A stretch of 64,000 bases of DNA from assembly GCF_009914755.1 (NCBI RefSeq), contig NC_060932.1, one strand, 5' to 3'. The position numbers were made by a program, and so were the translations under genes. Under the pieces are notes generated by a model. The model made no database searches, was not told where the DNA came from, and saw only the letters and a list, made by a program, of their open reading frames with translations. Below are positions 29,415 to 45,365 of the stretch, one piece after another. Within the stretch, counting starts at the first letter, position 1; the number at the start of each line of letters is the position of its first letter. The stretch comes from the human T2T-CHM13v2.0 reference genome, Homo sapiens.

Positions 29415-32400
29415 ATTTAGTTATTAGCACTGAAATTGTTCAATGTTTTAAAAGTTGTAAATTGAAACTGACAATGTTAAGACTATCTTTTCTGGATAAG
29501 CAAGTAATTATATCCTCTGAATATTATCATAAAGGCATTTTATTGTATTAATAGTGTTACACGGCATTTGATTTTCATGTTTCTAAAAAATTTAGTTGTA
29601 TTTATTTGAATTACTAAGTTGGTATTTTAAAAATCTGCCCTATTAGAAAATGCAAACTCCACACTCAAATTTAAAAAGGCTAGAAAATGTGAAAAGATTA
29701 TAAGCTAACAGGGAAGAAAAAAGACAGACGTACAAATGTACGTAAACAAAGGTGAAACAACATGTACATGCAAAAAAGTAATTCTAGCTGTACAGACATT
29801 AAGTATAAGTTTTAAGAAATTCAGAAAGTAAAAAAAATAGAATAAGATAAAGTTAGTAAATATCAAAGACCTTCCTCATATAATCTATATCCCAGGGTAC
29901 GTGCCATTTGTGCCATAGAAGTAACTTATTATTTATAGGAAGGGGAAAAATCAAATAGAGGAACCATGTTAGAAGAAAATATAAGGACATAGAACCTCTT
30001 AAAGAAGCTAAAACATACAACAGAGAGAAAAAGAACATAAGGAAAGGGCTAAATCGATATATTTATTTGAAATTAGAATAATCTACATCATTATGAAAAA
30101 TTTTAAATATTTAACAAACTATTACCTATTTAACTATTAAATATTAATTAAGATATTTCACAAATAGTATTCCAATACTGTACTAATAATCAGAAAGCTG
30201 CATTGTGAAACAAATTCTCCGATAGGCCACACACAGTAAGAACTGATAAGCAAATTATGTCTACTGGCAGAGGCCTACTATTCCAGACAAAAACTTAGGA
30301 TTTGAATTAAAAGTAAATAATAAATCTCTTCCTTGACGAGCCATTCTTTTTCAAAACATAGTAAAAATTAAGACTTAAAAAATTAAAATCCTTTAATGAG
30401 GTAATAATCCAAATGGATTTAACTCTGAAATATTTCCTAAGCCTTCCTCAAACATTTTACAATCCATTTCAATTATTGCTCATAAACAATAATTTGAAAC
30501 AATTTCTACAAAAGTTACCTAAGACCAAATTTTTAACATGAAAGTTATACTATACTGCCTCCTAGTGTACAGTTAACATAAAATAGAAACTTTCATTTTA
30601 ACATTTAAAATATTTATGAAGTATTAAAAGTATAATTTATTGTTAACAGCTGTGATATATATTATCAGGAGCCTTATAACTTTTAATGCTATTATATACA
30701 AAGCATATTAATATTCAAAATATAATATTTTGACCTGTAAGGCTTAAAAACACACTAGTTATGAAAAAAAAATTAAATATTTCCTAAGAAGCAAATTCTG
30801 AGCACAGTTTTATAAAACAGATATAAACAATACAAAATAAATAGTAAATCATGAAACTTTTAAATGGTATGTCAGGTCTTATTATAATAAAATATCCTTC
30901 CCCCCAACCTTACCAAGAAAATTTTAGGCAGTATTATACCAAACAAATGGTTGTATCCTGACAATAGATATTTATTTTTATTATTTTAGGGAAACAAAAA
31001 ATGATATTTTTAGGTCTAGCACTTTGCTAATTTATTAATGTATTGCAGCAAAAAGATAAAATAGTCTCTAATAGGAAAAACATGCTATCTAACCTATGAG
31101 TAAAGTTGAAAGTTTAGGTCTATCAATAGCTAAAAGAAAAAACAACAGGAGACTTTGCCTTTAGCAATATTGGTGACTAATGTATGAATTAGAACTTCTC
31201 CCAGTATAATACACAAAGAAATAAACATTAATGAACCATATAAATTTTCCATCTGTTTTCTATTAGTGTTAAGACTTTATGTTTCTGAGAGGTCATTTAA
31301 TATATGGAAATATATATATAAACATATATATAAACATATATAAACATATAAATATATATAAACTTATATATTTATGTAGTTAAAATTAAAAGTAATTAAA
31401 AATTTAGTTAATTCGTGAAGTTAATTAATATTGTTTATAAAAATATTTTTTAAAGTATGAAACAAAGCTGACCTCACAAGGCTTTGAGGCCCCAAATTCA
31501 TCCTTCTTGTGGGGATCAAAATCCTGTAAGTCTAAAGTTCAGCTCAAAAAACTTAGGTTGTTATAGCCCAATTCACTTAGCCATAAGCTAAGTGAATCTT
31601 TTTTGAGGAAAGTCATTTTTAACACAGGTCTTAAAGAATTCCTGGAGATGAAGTTTCAAGGTACATGAGCCTACCAAGTAAGTACACTGAGCAGATATTA
31701 TAAATTGCGGACCTACAAAGGCCACAAATATTAGAATCAGATCTAAACTCTAAGAATTATGTTTAGTATGCATAAAGAAATATAAGAGTGAACCAAAACA
31801 TGATAAACAGAAGACTATTGAAACTGATCAACAAATTTGTAAAAGAACCAAATAATAAAACTTTAAGAAAGGGAAAAATGATAATTGAAATTAGCACCTC
31901 AGAAAAAGGTCAATCAGATTAGACACAGGTGAAAAGATACAGAACTGGAACACAGATCTGAAGAAATTACTGAGAATGCCCCACAGAGACAGTGAGACAT
32001 GAAGTATGAAAGAGAGGTACTGAATCATGTACAATCAAATGCAACTGTCTACTCTTATTATAACCAGATTTCCAAAGGGAAGAAACAGAGAATAAAGAGA
32101 CCCAATATTAGAAGATTTAAGAGCTAACACATTTCCAGAACTGAAGACACCAGTACTCAAACCAAATAAATAAGACTGTAGTAGGAAGATATGAAAACCA
32201 AAGACAATGAAAAGGTCTTAAAGGTATCCAGAAAAAAAAGACAAGAGTACACATAAAGAAACAATTAAATCGACATCTGATTCATAAAAGCAATAATACA
32301 AGCTAAATTCCAATTGAATAATAGCTTCAAAAAGCTGAGGGAAAAATAATGGAATAATTGTTATCTTAGAATTCCACATATAGCAAAACTATCTTTCAAG

Positions 32401-33031
32401 AATGAAAGCACAAAATAAAGAAAACAGTTGTAGACAAAAAAGGTGAGTTCAGTATTAAGAGAATGTGGCTTGAAGAATGCCAGCAAGAAGTACTTCAAGG
32501 AAAAGGAAATTGATACCAGAAGGCAGGCTGAGTCACAAGAAGGGATTGTAAGAAAAGAAAATTTAAAAAAATCAGTAACAGAATAAAACAATAACAAGAA
32601 TGTTCAATTGGAAGAGTTTTTTTAAAAACCTGAACAAAGAAAGCTTGTAGATTGGGAGGGAGGGTGGTAGTTAAAAATCTTCTAAGGGCTTTCATTGATT
32701 TGGAAGTAAGGTAAAAATACTGATGAACCTTAGAGCTATAATAAATCAATTCAACCAATCCAAAAGGCAGCAAGAAAGGAGAGAAAAAAAAATCTAGTTA
32801 CATGATGTTTACAATAAAAACATCTATAACAGAATAACTTAGTAAAGTGTAAAAAATGAAATATATGAGGCAAACACTAATCAAAAGTCAGCTAATGTAG
32901 CTATATTAATGTCAGAACAAATAGACCTCAAGGTAAAAAGCATTATTGGAGATTAAGAGGATCAGTACATATTGACCCTGATCAATTGTTTAGAAAGATT
33001 CCAATTCCAATCTTAAATTCATCTAACACTA

Positions 33032-33634
<603 letters not shown>

Positions 33635-34051
33635 TTAATAAACAAAAATAAACTCAGATAATACTCGAGTTAACAAAAAAGTTAGAATATAAGAAGAACA
33701 CACTTAGCATGTTTGAAAATATATGTATACACATACATACATATATCTCTCTCCTTTCCAAGACATTTCAGCAAACTCATCATATACTAGGTGATTATGC
33801 AGGTATCAAAAATTAAAAAGAAAAACATCAGAATTCTTCGACTAAATGCAAAACATAATACATAGCAATTAGAAAATACATAGAGTTGAATATTAAAAAT
33901 AATACTTATCAAAACGTGTGTGATACAGCTAAAGTGAAGAATTTATATCCTTGAATGCTAACTATATTAAAATAATGAGAAGGGAGACTGACAAAACAGT
34001 ATCTGAATTGGTCTTTCCAAAGATGATTAATAAAAAATACAAGAAACTTAC

Positions 34052-34112
34052 TGCCACTGGATCCCTCAGGTGAAGCTGAGCAGCTGTTACTTGTCTAAAT
34101 CCACCTGGGTAG
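34052..34112 (-). CDS. MRPL13: MRPL13 exon 4 ([20 protein letters not shown])
   Basis: 61 nt, taacag / gtaagt; the uL13 HTGYPGG motif spans exons 3 and 4. Confidence 0.98.
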
Positions 34113-36214
34113 CTGTTAAAAGGAGAAAAGACATTAAAACTGGGCATAGGCTGATACTGTATTCTTAAACTGATCATTCTTTTATAAGAAAACTATTTTA
34201 ATAAATTGTTTCTCGAAACTGCTTTTCATTAGTGTTTTCAAAATTAAGTAGTAATCTACGCTTTTTGAAATGCTATTCTCTTAAATGGTCAACTACCATT
34301 ATATCATAAAAAGTTCTACTTCTTGGAAAAATTTATTGGCATAAGTATATTTCTATCTGAATTGTAAGTTATTAATTCACTCACTCATTATGGGGTATTT
34401 ATTACTACTTGATTTAACAAAGAAATAGAAACAAGCCAGACTATTTCATGTTCCTTACCAAATTAGATAAACCGTATAAACTACGGGTTAGGTCTGGGGA
34501 AAATGTTGGTAGTCCACTTGGTTCTGAATTAAGTTCATACTCTAGACAGCCAGTAATCATGTTTCTTCTTAGCAGTTTGTAAAGGTCTCTAAGTGCTACA
34601 TATTGGCTCTAAGTAATATAATATTTCATTGTGTTCAGATCGATTATTCTTTATAAAATGAAAAAAAGTGGCAATTACAAAATATACATTGAATAGTACT
34701 GGAGGCAGCTTAGCTTCCAGATACCCTAGATGCAGGTATGGAATCTAGGTTTTGTCAGTGACTCCCAGTGTAATATCAGGCAACTCATTTTACCTCTCTG
34801 CATATAATTTTACTCATATGAATAAATAATGCTATCTACCTCAAAAGATTTCTGGGTCAAATGAAAAAATATTTGTGAAAGGGATTGGGAAATTTAAAAC
34901 AAAAATAATACATATATAGATGTAAGGTTCTATTTTCCTAAACAGATGAAGTCCAAACGATTTTCAAGAAAGGGGGAAGAAATTGGAAAGTCAGTGTGGA
35001 ATCTGCAAAAAACCTTAAGATTACCTAAAGGTGATTTTTTCCATATGTTCCCTTCAATAAAATTTGAAAATATTTTAAAGATGATTTAAGAAAACACATT
35101 TTAGGAATAAAACTTGTCAAAGTTAGAAGTTTGCTGAGAAAGATGGGTAGTTTTAAAATTGATATTCTCTTTTTTCATGGAATTTCAGTTTTAGAAAAAG
35201 AAATGCCTGTCTAGACTTCTATTCCTGCATTCTTTCTCTCCATGGAAAAAAATATTTTACAATTTCTATGCTGAAAGATGATCTTTCTAGTTTGAAAATT
35301 GAGATGGCAAATTCTAAAACATACCATTTACAATATATTTCAGAAGTCTGGACTTTATTCTGACGTATTTGGAAAGCTAATGTAAAATTTTGAGTGGAGG
35401 ATGACTTGAGTAATGCAACACTCAATTGATTTTTACTAGTAAGAAAATAACTCATTCTTTCCTCCAATATGGGATGGAGTAAGAGAACATTTGTTTTAAA
35501 TGCTAGCCAAGGGTTTTTCATTGAAATTAATTCAATAAACACTTAAATGTGTATCATGCTGGAACTGGGGACACACAGATAAATATGACAAAATCCTGTC
35601 CTATTTAAAATTAAACAATTCTGTTGATACAACTAGTTGTTAAGTTGTATCTCTAACTCATGCCAATGTATTTTAGATGACTAAAGACTTAGATGTGAAA
35701 GTTCAAGGTGCACACACACCCAATTCAACCAACCCCTAAAAAATTAGAAGTAAATGTTTATGAAAATCTGAACAAGAAAGAATTTCTGAGACTGGAAAAC
35801 AGAAGAAATTACAAAGGAAAAGGCATGTAATAATATAAAATTAAATAACTACAGTAAATGACATAAAAATTTTGTTAAAAGTAAAAAACAAAAGTGGATT
35901 AATAATCTTAATAGATAAAACGTCCATAGAAAGTGATAAAGTAACACTGAAACTTCATTATTAAGTAAATGTAAATATTCAGCTGCATATCAAAAGACAA
36001 CAGCCTTATTTTTAAAGATAATACTGTGCCTGCACAGATTTGGGATAACAAACATTTGTATGCTCTTCTATGGATTAGAAAACTCATGATTGAAAATACC
36101 TATCAAAAGACCTATAAATGATCATTCCTTTGATATCAAAACACATTACACTTCCAGGGATTTATTTTAAATAATCCTACATATATGAAAAAAATCAATG
36201 GACAAAGACATCAC

Positions 36215-38270
36215 AGGATACAAAATCAATGTGCAAAAATCACTAGCAAAAAGTCACTAACATTCCTAGACACCAGCAACAGTCAAGCGGAGAGTCAAAT
36301 CAGGAATGTACTCCCATTCACAACTGCCACAAAAAGAATAAAATACTTAGGAATACAGCTAATTAGGGAGGTGAAAGATCTCTATAATGAGAACTACAAA
36401 CTACTGCCCAAAGAAACCAGAGATGAAGGCTGGGTATGATGGCTCATGCCTGTAATCCCAGTACTGTGGAAGGCTGAGGTGTGAGGACTTCTTGAGCCCA
36501 CAAGTTCAAGACCAGCCTGGGCAACACAGTGAGCCCCCATCTCAAAAGAAAAAAAACTTTAATAATAAAAAGCAATCAGAGATGACACAGACAAACGGAA
36601 AAACACTCCATGCTCATGGATAGGAAGAATCAGTATTGTTAAAATGGCCATACTGCCCAAAGCAATTTATAGATTCAATGCTATTCCTATTAAACTACCA
36701 CTGAGACTCTTCACAGAACTAGAAAAAAATATTTCAAAATTCATATGAAACCAAAAAAGAGCCTGAATAGCCAAGGCGATCCTAAACAAAAAGAACAAAG
36801 CTGGAGGCATCACGCTACCCAGCTTCAAACTATACTACAGGGCTACAGTAACCAAAACAGCATGGTACTGATAAAAAAAAAAAAAAAAAAACCAGACACA
36901 TACACCAGTGGAAAAAAACCCAGAAATAAGACCACACACCTACAACTATTTGATCTTTGACAAACCTGGCCAAAAAAGCAATGGAGAAAGGATTCCCTGT
37001 TCAATAAATGGTGCTGGGAGAACTGGCTAGCCATATGCAGAAGATTGAAACTGGACCCCTTCCTTATACCACATACAAAAATTAACTCAGGATGGATTCC
37101 AGACTTAACTGTAAAACCCAAAACTATAAAAACCCTGGAAGACAACCTAGGCAATACCATTAAGAACACAGGCATGGGCAAAGATTTCATGACAAAGATG
37201 CAAACTGCAATTGCAACAAAAGCATAAATTGACAGATGGGATGTAATTAAACTAAAGAGCTTCTGCACAACAAAAGAAACTAACAGAATAAACAGACACC
37301 TACAGAATGGGAGAAAATTTTTGCAAACTATGCATCTGACAAAGGTCTAATATCCAGCATCATAAGGAACTTAAATTTACAAGAAGAAAAAACAAACCCC
37401 ATTAAAAAGTGGGCAAAGGACAGGAACATACCCTTTCCAAAAGAAGACGTACATATGGCCAACAATCATGAAAAAAAGCTCAAAATCACTGATCATTAGA
37501 GAAATGCAAATCAAAACCACAATGAGATGCCATCTCACACCAGTGAGAATGGCTACTATTAAAAAGTCAAAAAATAACAGATGCTGGCAAGGCTGTAGAG
37601 AAAAAGGAATGCTTTTACACTGTTGGTGGGAATTTTACACTGTTGGTGGGAGTGTTCAACCACTGTGGAAGACAGTGTGGCGATTCCTCAAAGTCCTACA
37701 GACAGAAATACCATTTGACCCAGCAATCCCATTCCTAGGTACATACCCTAAGAAATATAAATTGTTCTATTATGAAGACACATCCACATGTGTGTTCACT
37801 GCAGCACTATTCATTATAGTAAAGACATGGAATTAACCTACATGCCCATCAAAGGTAGATTGGATAAAGAAAATGTAGTACATATATACCATGAAATACT
37901 ACATAGCCATAAAAAAAAGAACAAGATCATGTCCTTTGCAGCAACATGGATGCAGCTGGAGGCTATTATTCTAAGCAAACTAACACAAGAACAGAAAACC
38001 AAATACTGCATATTCTCACTTATAAGTGGAAGCTCAATGATGAAAACACAAGTACACATAGAGGGGAACAACACACACTGAGGCCTATTGGAGGGTGGAG
38101 GGTGGGAGTAGAGAGAGGAAAATAACTAATGGGTACTGGGCTTAATACCTGGGTGATGAAATAACCTGTACAACAAACCCCCATGATACAAGTTTACTTA
38201 TGTAACAAACCTGCACATGTAACTGAACTTAAAAGTTAAAAAAAAAAAACAAAAAACAAGAATTGAAAAA
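36215..38270 (+). mobile_element. 5'-truncated L1PA13-like element
   Basis: ORF2 C-terminus ([19 protein letters not shown]) and 3'UTR aaaataactaatgggtactgggcttaatacctgggtgatgaaataa, followed by a poly-A tail. Confidence 0.92.
36428..36568 (+). mobile_element. FLAM-like Alu monomer inserted into the L1
   Basis: Single left-arm Alu flanked by a 15/17 TSD, aaagaaaccagagatga (36410-36426) / aaagcaatcagagatga (36569-36585). Confidence 0.85.
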
Positions 38271-38444
38271 AAAGATGTTTATCAACCCCTTATAAAAGCC
38301 AAAATTTTCATTTCAAAAAACAGAACAATGATCAAGTATCGTAAATCATTTTGTGCACTACTACTTAGTAACCAAAAATAATACTTACAAAAAGGTTCTC
38401 TGAGAATTTTCTATTAAGTGAAAAAGGATATAAACTTGTATATA

Positions 38445-39074
<630 letters not shown>

Positions 39075-40029
39075 TATATTAAAATGGTAAGTCATGGGAT
39101 CAGGAGTGAATTTTAATTCCCTCTTTAAACTTCTCTATATTTTCTAAAATTAGTATGTCCTAAAAATTTTACAACTAGCAAGCTAAATTTTGAATATGTA
39201 ATTGTAATACAGTGTTATGAGCATAATAAAGTAGTATGTCCAAAGTGTAAGTGAAGAGTCAACAGAAACAAAAAGCAATCAACTCTTTGAGCGATGAGGA
39301 AATAGCAAAGGTATCCCAGAAACTGTGACATCTGAGTCAATTTTTAATGGATAAATAGGAGAATTCCTCACTGTCAGGGGAACAACACATGCAAAGGCAG
39401 AAAGGAATGAAATAGCAATATGTTGTCTAAGAAGAACTATGAAGCAGCAGTGGGAACTGGTTTCCAATGACTTGTAAAGGAGTTTGAATTTTCACCTATC
39501 AGTGAGAAAGCACTACTGACAGGGACACTACCAGCTGACGTACACATTATGGTAGCTGTTCACTACTGGCTGTGCTGTCATTTTCTTTCATTTGCAGTAA
39601 TACTACATATTATTGCTATAGTAATTACCATAGCATTTTGTGTCAATACTTCCCTTTATGCTTTTATCACATTATGTTATTCTGATTTTTAATATTTCTT
39701 TCCCAATTACCTCTCAATTTTGTAGAACTTGGTTTATACATAGAGATCTGCCAATAGCTGAAATTACTAAAGACGGATGTAAATTCAGTTTTGTTAAATT
39801 ATATAAAGATTTCATGAATGTATTTTAAGGGGAGGAATGGGCAAAGGCTGGCTCAAGGAAGCAAAACAGTTGTTCCAAATATTTAAGATGCACTTGGGGA
39901 AAGAGATGAAAAGTAACAAATGGGAACATCAAAGGCGAAGATGCAGTTGGAAATAAAATAGTGATTTTGATCAAGAATAAAAGATAACATTTCTAACCAT
40001 AACTTGAGTAACAGTATAGAAAGTACACT

Positions 40030-40420
40030 TAATTAAATGTGCACATGACCTGAAGCTATGGGTTAACTAATACATGAGATGATAAAATCAGGATCTTAAA
40101 AGGCTGGAGATAAAATTTAACATGGAGTAAACTTAAGGTCTTGCAATTGAATTAAATTACAACTAAAGCACACAGGAAGGAGAAGACATGATTCAACAGG
40201 AATATACCTGAAAAAGACTTAGGAGTTTTAGCTGACAGTAAACTCAAATACAGAAATACTATGGCCTTGAAGAAAAGTTCTATTGCAATAGAAGATTGCC
40301 TAACTGAAAAATGGAGGAGAGTCACGTTGTATTTGGAAACCAGCAGAACACACCCAGGTGAGTGTATTTACTTAAGAGAGATACTGACAAACAAGATTTT
40401 ATCTAGAGAAGAGTGACCAT
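40030..40420 (+). mobile_element. CR1/L3-like ancient LINE fragment
   Basis: gaaaaagacttaggagttttagctgacagtaaactcaa resembles the CR1 RT 'EKDLGVLVD.KL' segment. Confidence 0.5.
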
Positions 40421-40772
40421 TCCTTAAACATCTTGTTAACTTTCAGATGGTTTGGGATGGTTCTGAAAACAGCAGTAAGATGAATTACAGGAAGCAGAAA
40501 TACAAAGTAAAAGAGTGACTAAAACATGAGAATAATCTTGTCCACAGGTTATATGAAACACTTGTAGGATAAACAAATACTGTCAGGTAATAGCTATATT
40601 TGGTATAGTTGTGTGGTTTTTAAAAATTGAGTAAATTATATACATGGCATGAGTAAAATTAGTAATAAATGCTGATTTTTAAAAATATCTTTTTTCTTTT
40701 AAGTAAGAACAACTGTATTCTTAAAGTAATATATTTTAACTACCTAATTTCCCTGACAACAGCATTATCTTA

Positions 40773-40874
<102 letters not shown>

Positions 40875-43029
40875 TTAAAAAGAAACAAGATTTTGTAAGA
40901 AAAATAAAAACCTTAAGAAAAAGTGGCCTTGGTTATTTATAAAGCTTATCAAAGTTCAAACAACATATTAAAAAATAAAAAGCAAGTTACAGTGCAACAT
41001 CAAAAATCCTTGAATAGATTTCTGTTACTTTTTAATATAACATCTAAGTATAGAAAGAGTTGGCTGGCCATTTGGAAAATCTCAACACTGCAAAGTAAAA
41101 GAAATTTAATAAGGTTGCCAATAACAACAATACATCTTTTAAAGGCAAATTACTGTTATTCTTGTGACTTTTCCCATTAATAATTACACTTCAGTAAAAA
41201 TGTTTGTATTAAGTGCCTTTAAATGTCTGATACAAAATTTCCCTGAAAAATAGCCAAGAAAATGAAAACAGTATGTATATAGATATAAAAAAGTATGTTT
41301 TACCTACAGGTAAATTGAAAACATATGTAAAACATTACAATTATTATTTTTTGCAAATTTAGGGAACAGACTGCTTTGATCTTATTAACTACCATGGAAA
41401 GGTTTCTTTCCAACCATGTTTATAGTAAATTTAAACTGCTACTCTCAACTATGACTACGTAAATATATTTGACAGGACAGATGACCTGAAAATCAAAATA
41501 TGTGTATCTGCTTCATTTTCTATCCCTAAGTTTGGCTGTTCATCTAAAAACAAACTAAAAAGTTAACATGTACATTTTCAAATAACTGACTATACATAAC
41601 AAAATCAAGTAATTAGAAACATTTATAAAATACCTATTTTACTAATAGAAAAAACAAACCAAGATATTCTAGAAGCTCAAGAAAAAAGTACTAAAAATAA
41701 GAAATACAAGTACAATATATATGAAAACTAAAGATTATAAGATTCTATGCAGAGCCCTAAATTTGAGTGGCAGAATTTTCACAGACGTTCATAGTCTATA
41801 TAGGATAAGAATAAAGAAAAGAAGATAATGCAAGTGGGTTTTCATCACTAGAGTGAAAGGAAATTCAGAGGTATGAATGAAAGACCTGGGAAGCTTGCTG
41901 TTATTAGATGGAAAAGAATAGTCTGACAATGTTTAATTAAATGGTTGAAGTTCCTAAAAGTGACACCCTGTTGGCTACTGAGGCAGTTGGGCGAATGCAG
42001 CAGAACAGCAAATAAAGAAGGTGGGAAGATAACCAGACAACCTCAAAAAACACTGAAATTACTTTAGCTCACATTCAGACATTTACAGCAGAAGAAGATT
42101 AAGTGATTTGCAGAGGCTCACACGCTAAGTTACCTAACACCTGGTGTAGGCTCTTTCCATAACATCTATTTGGAGGAAAAAATGGAATCTTTAAACTTTC
42201 CATTAAAACTGAATTTATTTTTAAATTGTTAAGTTTTAAATATAGGTAAAGCATCTCGAGCCACTCAAAAAATATCTACAGAGAGCAAAAAAGATCTTCC
42301 AAGGGGCATTAGACAGATTGCCACAAAGCAACTGAAAATCATATTCTTTCAGTTCTAAGGTATCACATCTAATCTGGGAAAAATTGTTCTTCCTCAATAA
42401 TATATGCCAAATCTCTAGTAAATTCATTCTAAGAAGCATTTCTCTACTAACTCTAAACAAAAACTAACCAGCAATTAAATACATGCTTTTAACTGTATTT
42501 CATTAACACTAAAGTCAGTATTACTGTAAGACTGTAACCCTGGATATAGCACAGTTGTTTCTGTCTAAATTTCTATTAAGTTAAATACATATAGTTTCAT
42601 TTTATAATTTTTAATTTAAAACTGCACATTTAATATATATGTACCAAATGTAAATAAATCATAGCTCTAGTGCTTGATCAAGAGATGTTCTGAAGAGAAA
42701 TTAAGTTGAAAAATAGTAAGCAATTTTTAGAAATAGGAATTGTGAGTTTATTTACAAAAATTCTAACCTTAAACTTCTAACTTTATCTGACTCCTCAGTA
42801 TAATACTAGGTGCTCAATTAAATGGCCAAATAAATTCAAACTAATTCAGACAAAGTGAAAACTCAACAGCTTCATGTCAGGAAACCTAAGGTCTCAGATA
42901 GGTTACACCATCAGGGGCAGCTCTTAGTCCTACACCGCCTCAATGTTTTGGCCCACCTTCTCCCTTAAGCCAGAATGAAGTCATAATTTTTCCTCAAAAT
43001 TGCCTGGGAGGAAAGGAAGTAATAATTAT

Positions 43030-43265
43030 TCAACATCTTCTACATGCAAAGCACTGAGCTAGGCATTTTATACTCACTTTTAACACTTAAAGTCTCACAA
43101 CTATCTTATTAGGTAAAGCTAACGTACTCCCTCTGCCTGCTACCACTTTTACTATTTAATAATGTTTACGGAGAAAACAGAGTCAGAGGTTCAACTCAGC
43201 TAAAATTATATGGCTAATAAGTGGTAAAGTTAAGTTTCAAATACAACTCCAGTAAAACTTCAAAG
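43030..43265 (-). mobile_element. MIR SINE
   Basis: catcttctacatgcaaagcactgagctaggcattttatac...gagaaaacagagtcagaggtt. Confidence 0.6.
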
Positions 43266-43563
43266 GCAGATCTTACCATTTCTACCACAACCAGATGGCA
43301 AAAAGTGGTAGTTAAAATGCCATAAGGAGACAATGATATCATTCACTAATTGATCACGTATTCTTTTCTGCTAAATTCTAAGATCTCAGAAGTCCTTCTC
43401 AGCAAACTGCTCACAGGTTACAGTTATTTGCCATCTTTGTACTTCCCCATGTACCAGCTCCTTGATTAGGGATTCAAGGAGACCTAGAGTATAGGATAAC
43501 TTTTTGTAGCCTTATTTACCAGTTTTTCCAACACTACTGTCTGGGCCAGGTAAGCCATGCTAT

Positions 43564-43630
43564 TTAGGTTGGTGCAAAACTATTTGCAGTTTTTGCCACT
43601 GAAATGGCAAACTCTACTTTGTTCTAGCAT
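43564..43630. mobile_element. MADE1 (Hsmar1 MITE), degenerate
   Basis: ttaggttggtgcaaaactatttgcagtttttgccac matches the Hsmar1 TIR. Confidence 0.7.
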
Positions 43631-43954
43631 TTGTATAATTTTTTTGGTCCTAGATCCTTGCTGCAGACTCTTAATTATAGATCCCTCACATAGAGTTATC
43701 AGACACAATAAGTGTTTACAAAAATCCCTAGTGTTCATTTTTAACTATGTTTGAGACACTCAGATTCCATGCAAGGGCAGATTCAGATAGAGACACCAAT
43801 TCAGCTTGCTGAGAGTCTCCAGCTCTTTTAAAATTTGCTTTATAATCCTTTTCCATTGATGAACAAATCCACTTGCTATGTATTACATACTTACTAATGC
43901 CATGTACCATTCTTGATGTTGGGAATACAGCAATGAATGTAACTGAAAAACCTC

Positions 43955-44752
43955 TATTTTTTTAAACTTTTATTTTAGGTTCAGGGGTAAATGTACAGGT
44001 GTGTTATATAGGTAAATTGCATGTCATGGGGGTTGAATATACAGATTATTTTGTCACCCAGGCAATAAGCATAGTACACAATAGGTAGTTTTTTGATCCT
44101 CACCCTCCTCCCACCCTCCACCCTCAAGTAGTTGTCTGTTGTTCCCTTCATGCCCAGGAGTACCCAATGTTTAACTCCCACTTATAAGTGAGAACATGCA
44201 GTATTTGGTTTTCTGTTCCTGTGTTAGTTTACTTAGGATTATGGCCTCCAGCTCCACCCATGTTGCTGCAAAGGACATGATCTCATTTTTTAATGGCTCT
44301 ACAGTATTCTATGGTGTATATGTACCACATTTTCTTTATCCAGTCTACCACTGATGGGCACTTAGGTTGATGACGTATCTTTGCTATTATGAACAGTGCT
44401 AAAATGAACATATCTGCATGCTTTAAGTTCTTTCAGAAATCACCAAATTGCTTTCCAGAATGACTGAACTAATTTGCACTCCCACCAGCAGTGTAAAAGC
44501 ATGCCCTTTTCTCCTCAGCCTTGCCAATGTCTATTATTTTTTGACCTTTTAATGATAGCCATTCTGACTGGTGTGAGATGGTATCTCATTGTGGTTTTGA
44601 CTTACACTTCTCTAATCATTAGCGATATGGGCATCTTTTCATTTGCTTGTTGACTGTATGTAAGTCTTCTTTTGAAGTGTCTCTTTATGTATGTCCTTTG
44701 CCCACTTTTTTATAGGGTTGTTTTTTGCTTGTAAATTTGTTTAAGTTCCTTA
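43955..44752 (-). mobile_element. L1PA15/16-like 3' fragment
   Basis: ttttaggttcaggggtaaatgtacagg...gtagttttttgatcctcaccctcctcccaccctcc...taagtgagaacatgcagtatttgg. Confidence 0.9.
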
Positions 44753-44889
44753 CAAAGAAATTCTTGTTAATCAATCTTATGCTCTAGTTGAAAAGCCAGA
44801 CAATAAACAAACAAATAAATGAATATGCAATATGCCAGGAGCTGATGAACATGGGAAGATAAAGAGTAATAGGGTGAAGCGATTAATTG

Positions 44890-45365
44890 GTACAGGTTTT
44901 TCATGAACTTAATTTTCATTTCTCTGGGATAACGTCCAAGAGAAATGAAACTGCTGTGCTATACAGTAAGCTCATGTTTAGTTTTAGAAGAAACTGCCAT
45001 ATTCTTTTCCAGAGTTGCTGTACCATGTTACATTTCTACCAGCAATGCTGAGTAATCCAGTTTCTATGCATCCTCATCAGCATCTGTTGTCACTATTTTT
45101 TATTTTAGTTATTTTGATAGTTGTGTAGTATTATCTCACTGCGGTTTTAATTTGCATTTCCCTAATGGCTACTTATATTGAACATCTTTTCATGTACTTA
45201 TCTGCCATCTGTTCATGTATTCTGCCCATAGCCTAATTAGATTGTTTGTTTTTTTACTGTTGAGTTTTGAAAGTTCTTTATAGTTTAGATATGTCTTTTG
45301 TTGATGATGTGGTTTGCAAATATTTTCTTCCAGTCTGTAGCTTGTTTTCTTCCCCTTTATAGGGT
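44890..45365 (-). mobile_element. Ancient L1M ORF2 3' fragment
   Basis: ttttaatttgcatttccctaatggcta...tttgcaaatattttcttccagtctgtagcttg. Confidence 0.75.

Noticed and set aside
37613-37651. 20-bp tandem duplication ttttacactgttggtggga in the L1
   Set aside because: An ordinary slippage duplication in a dead element.
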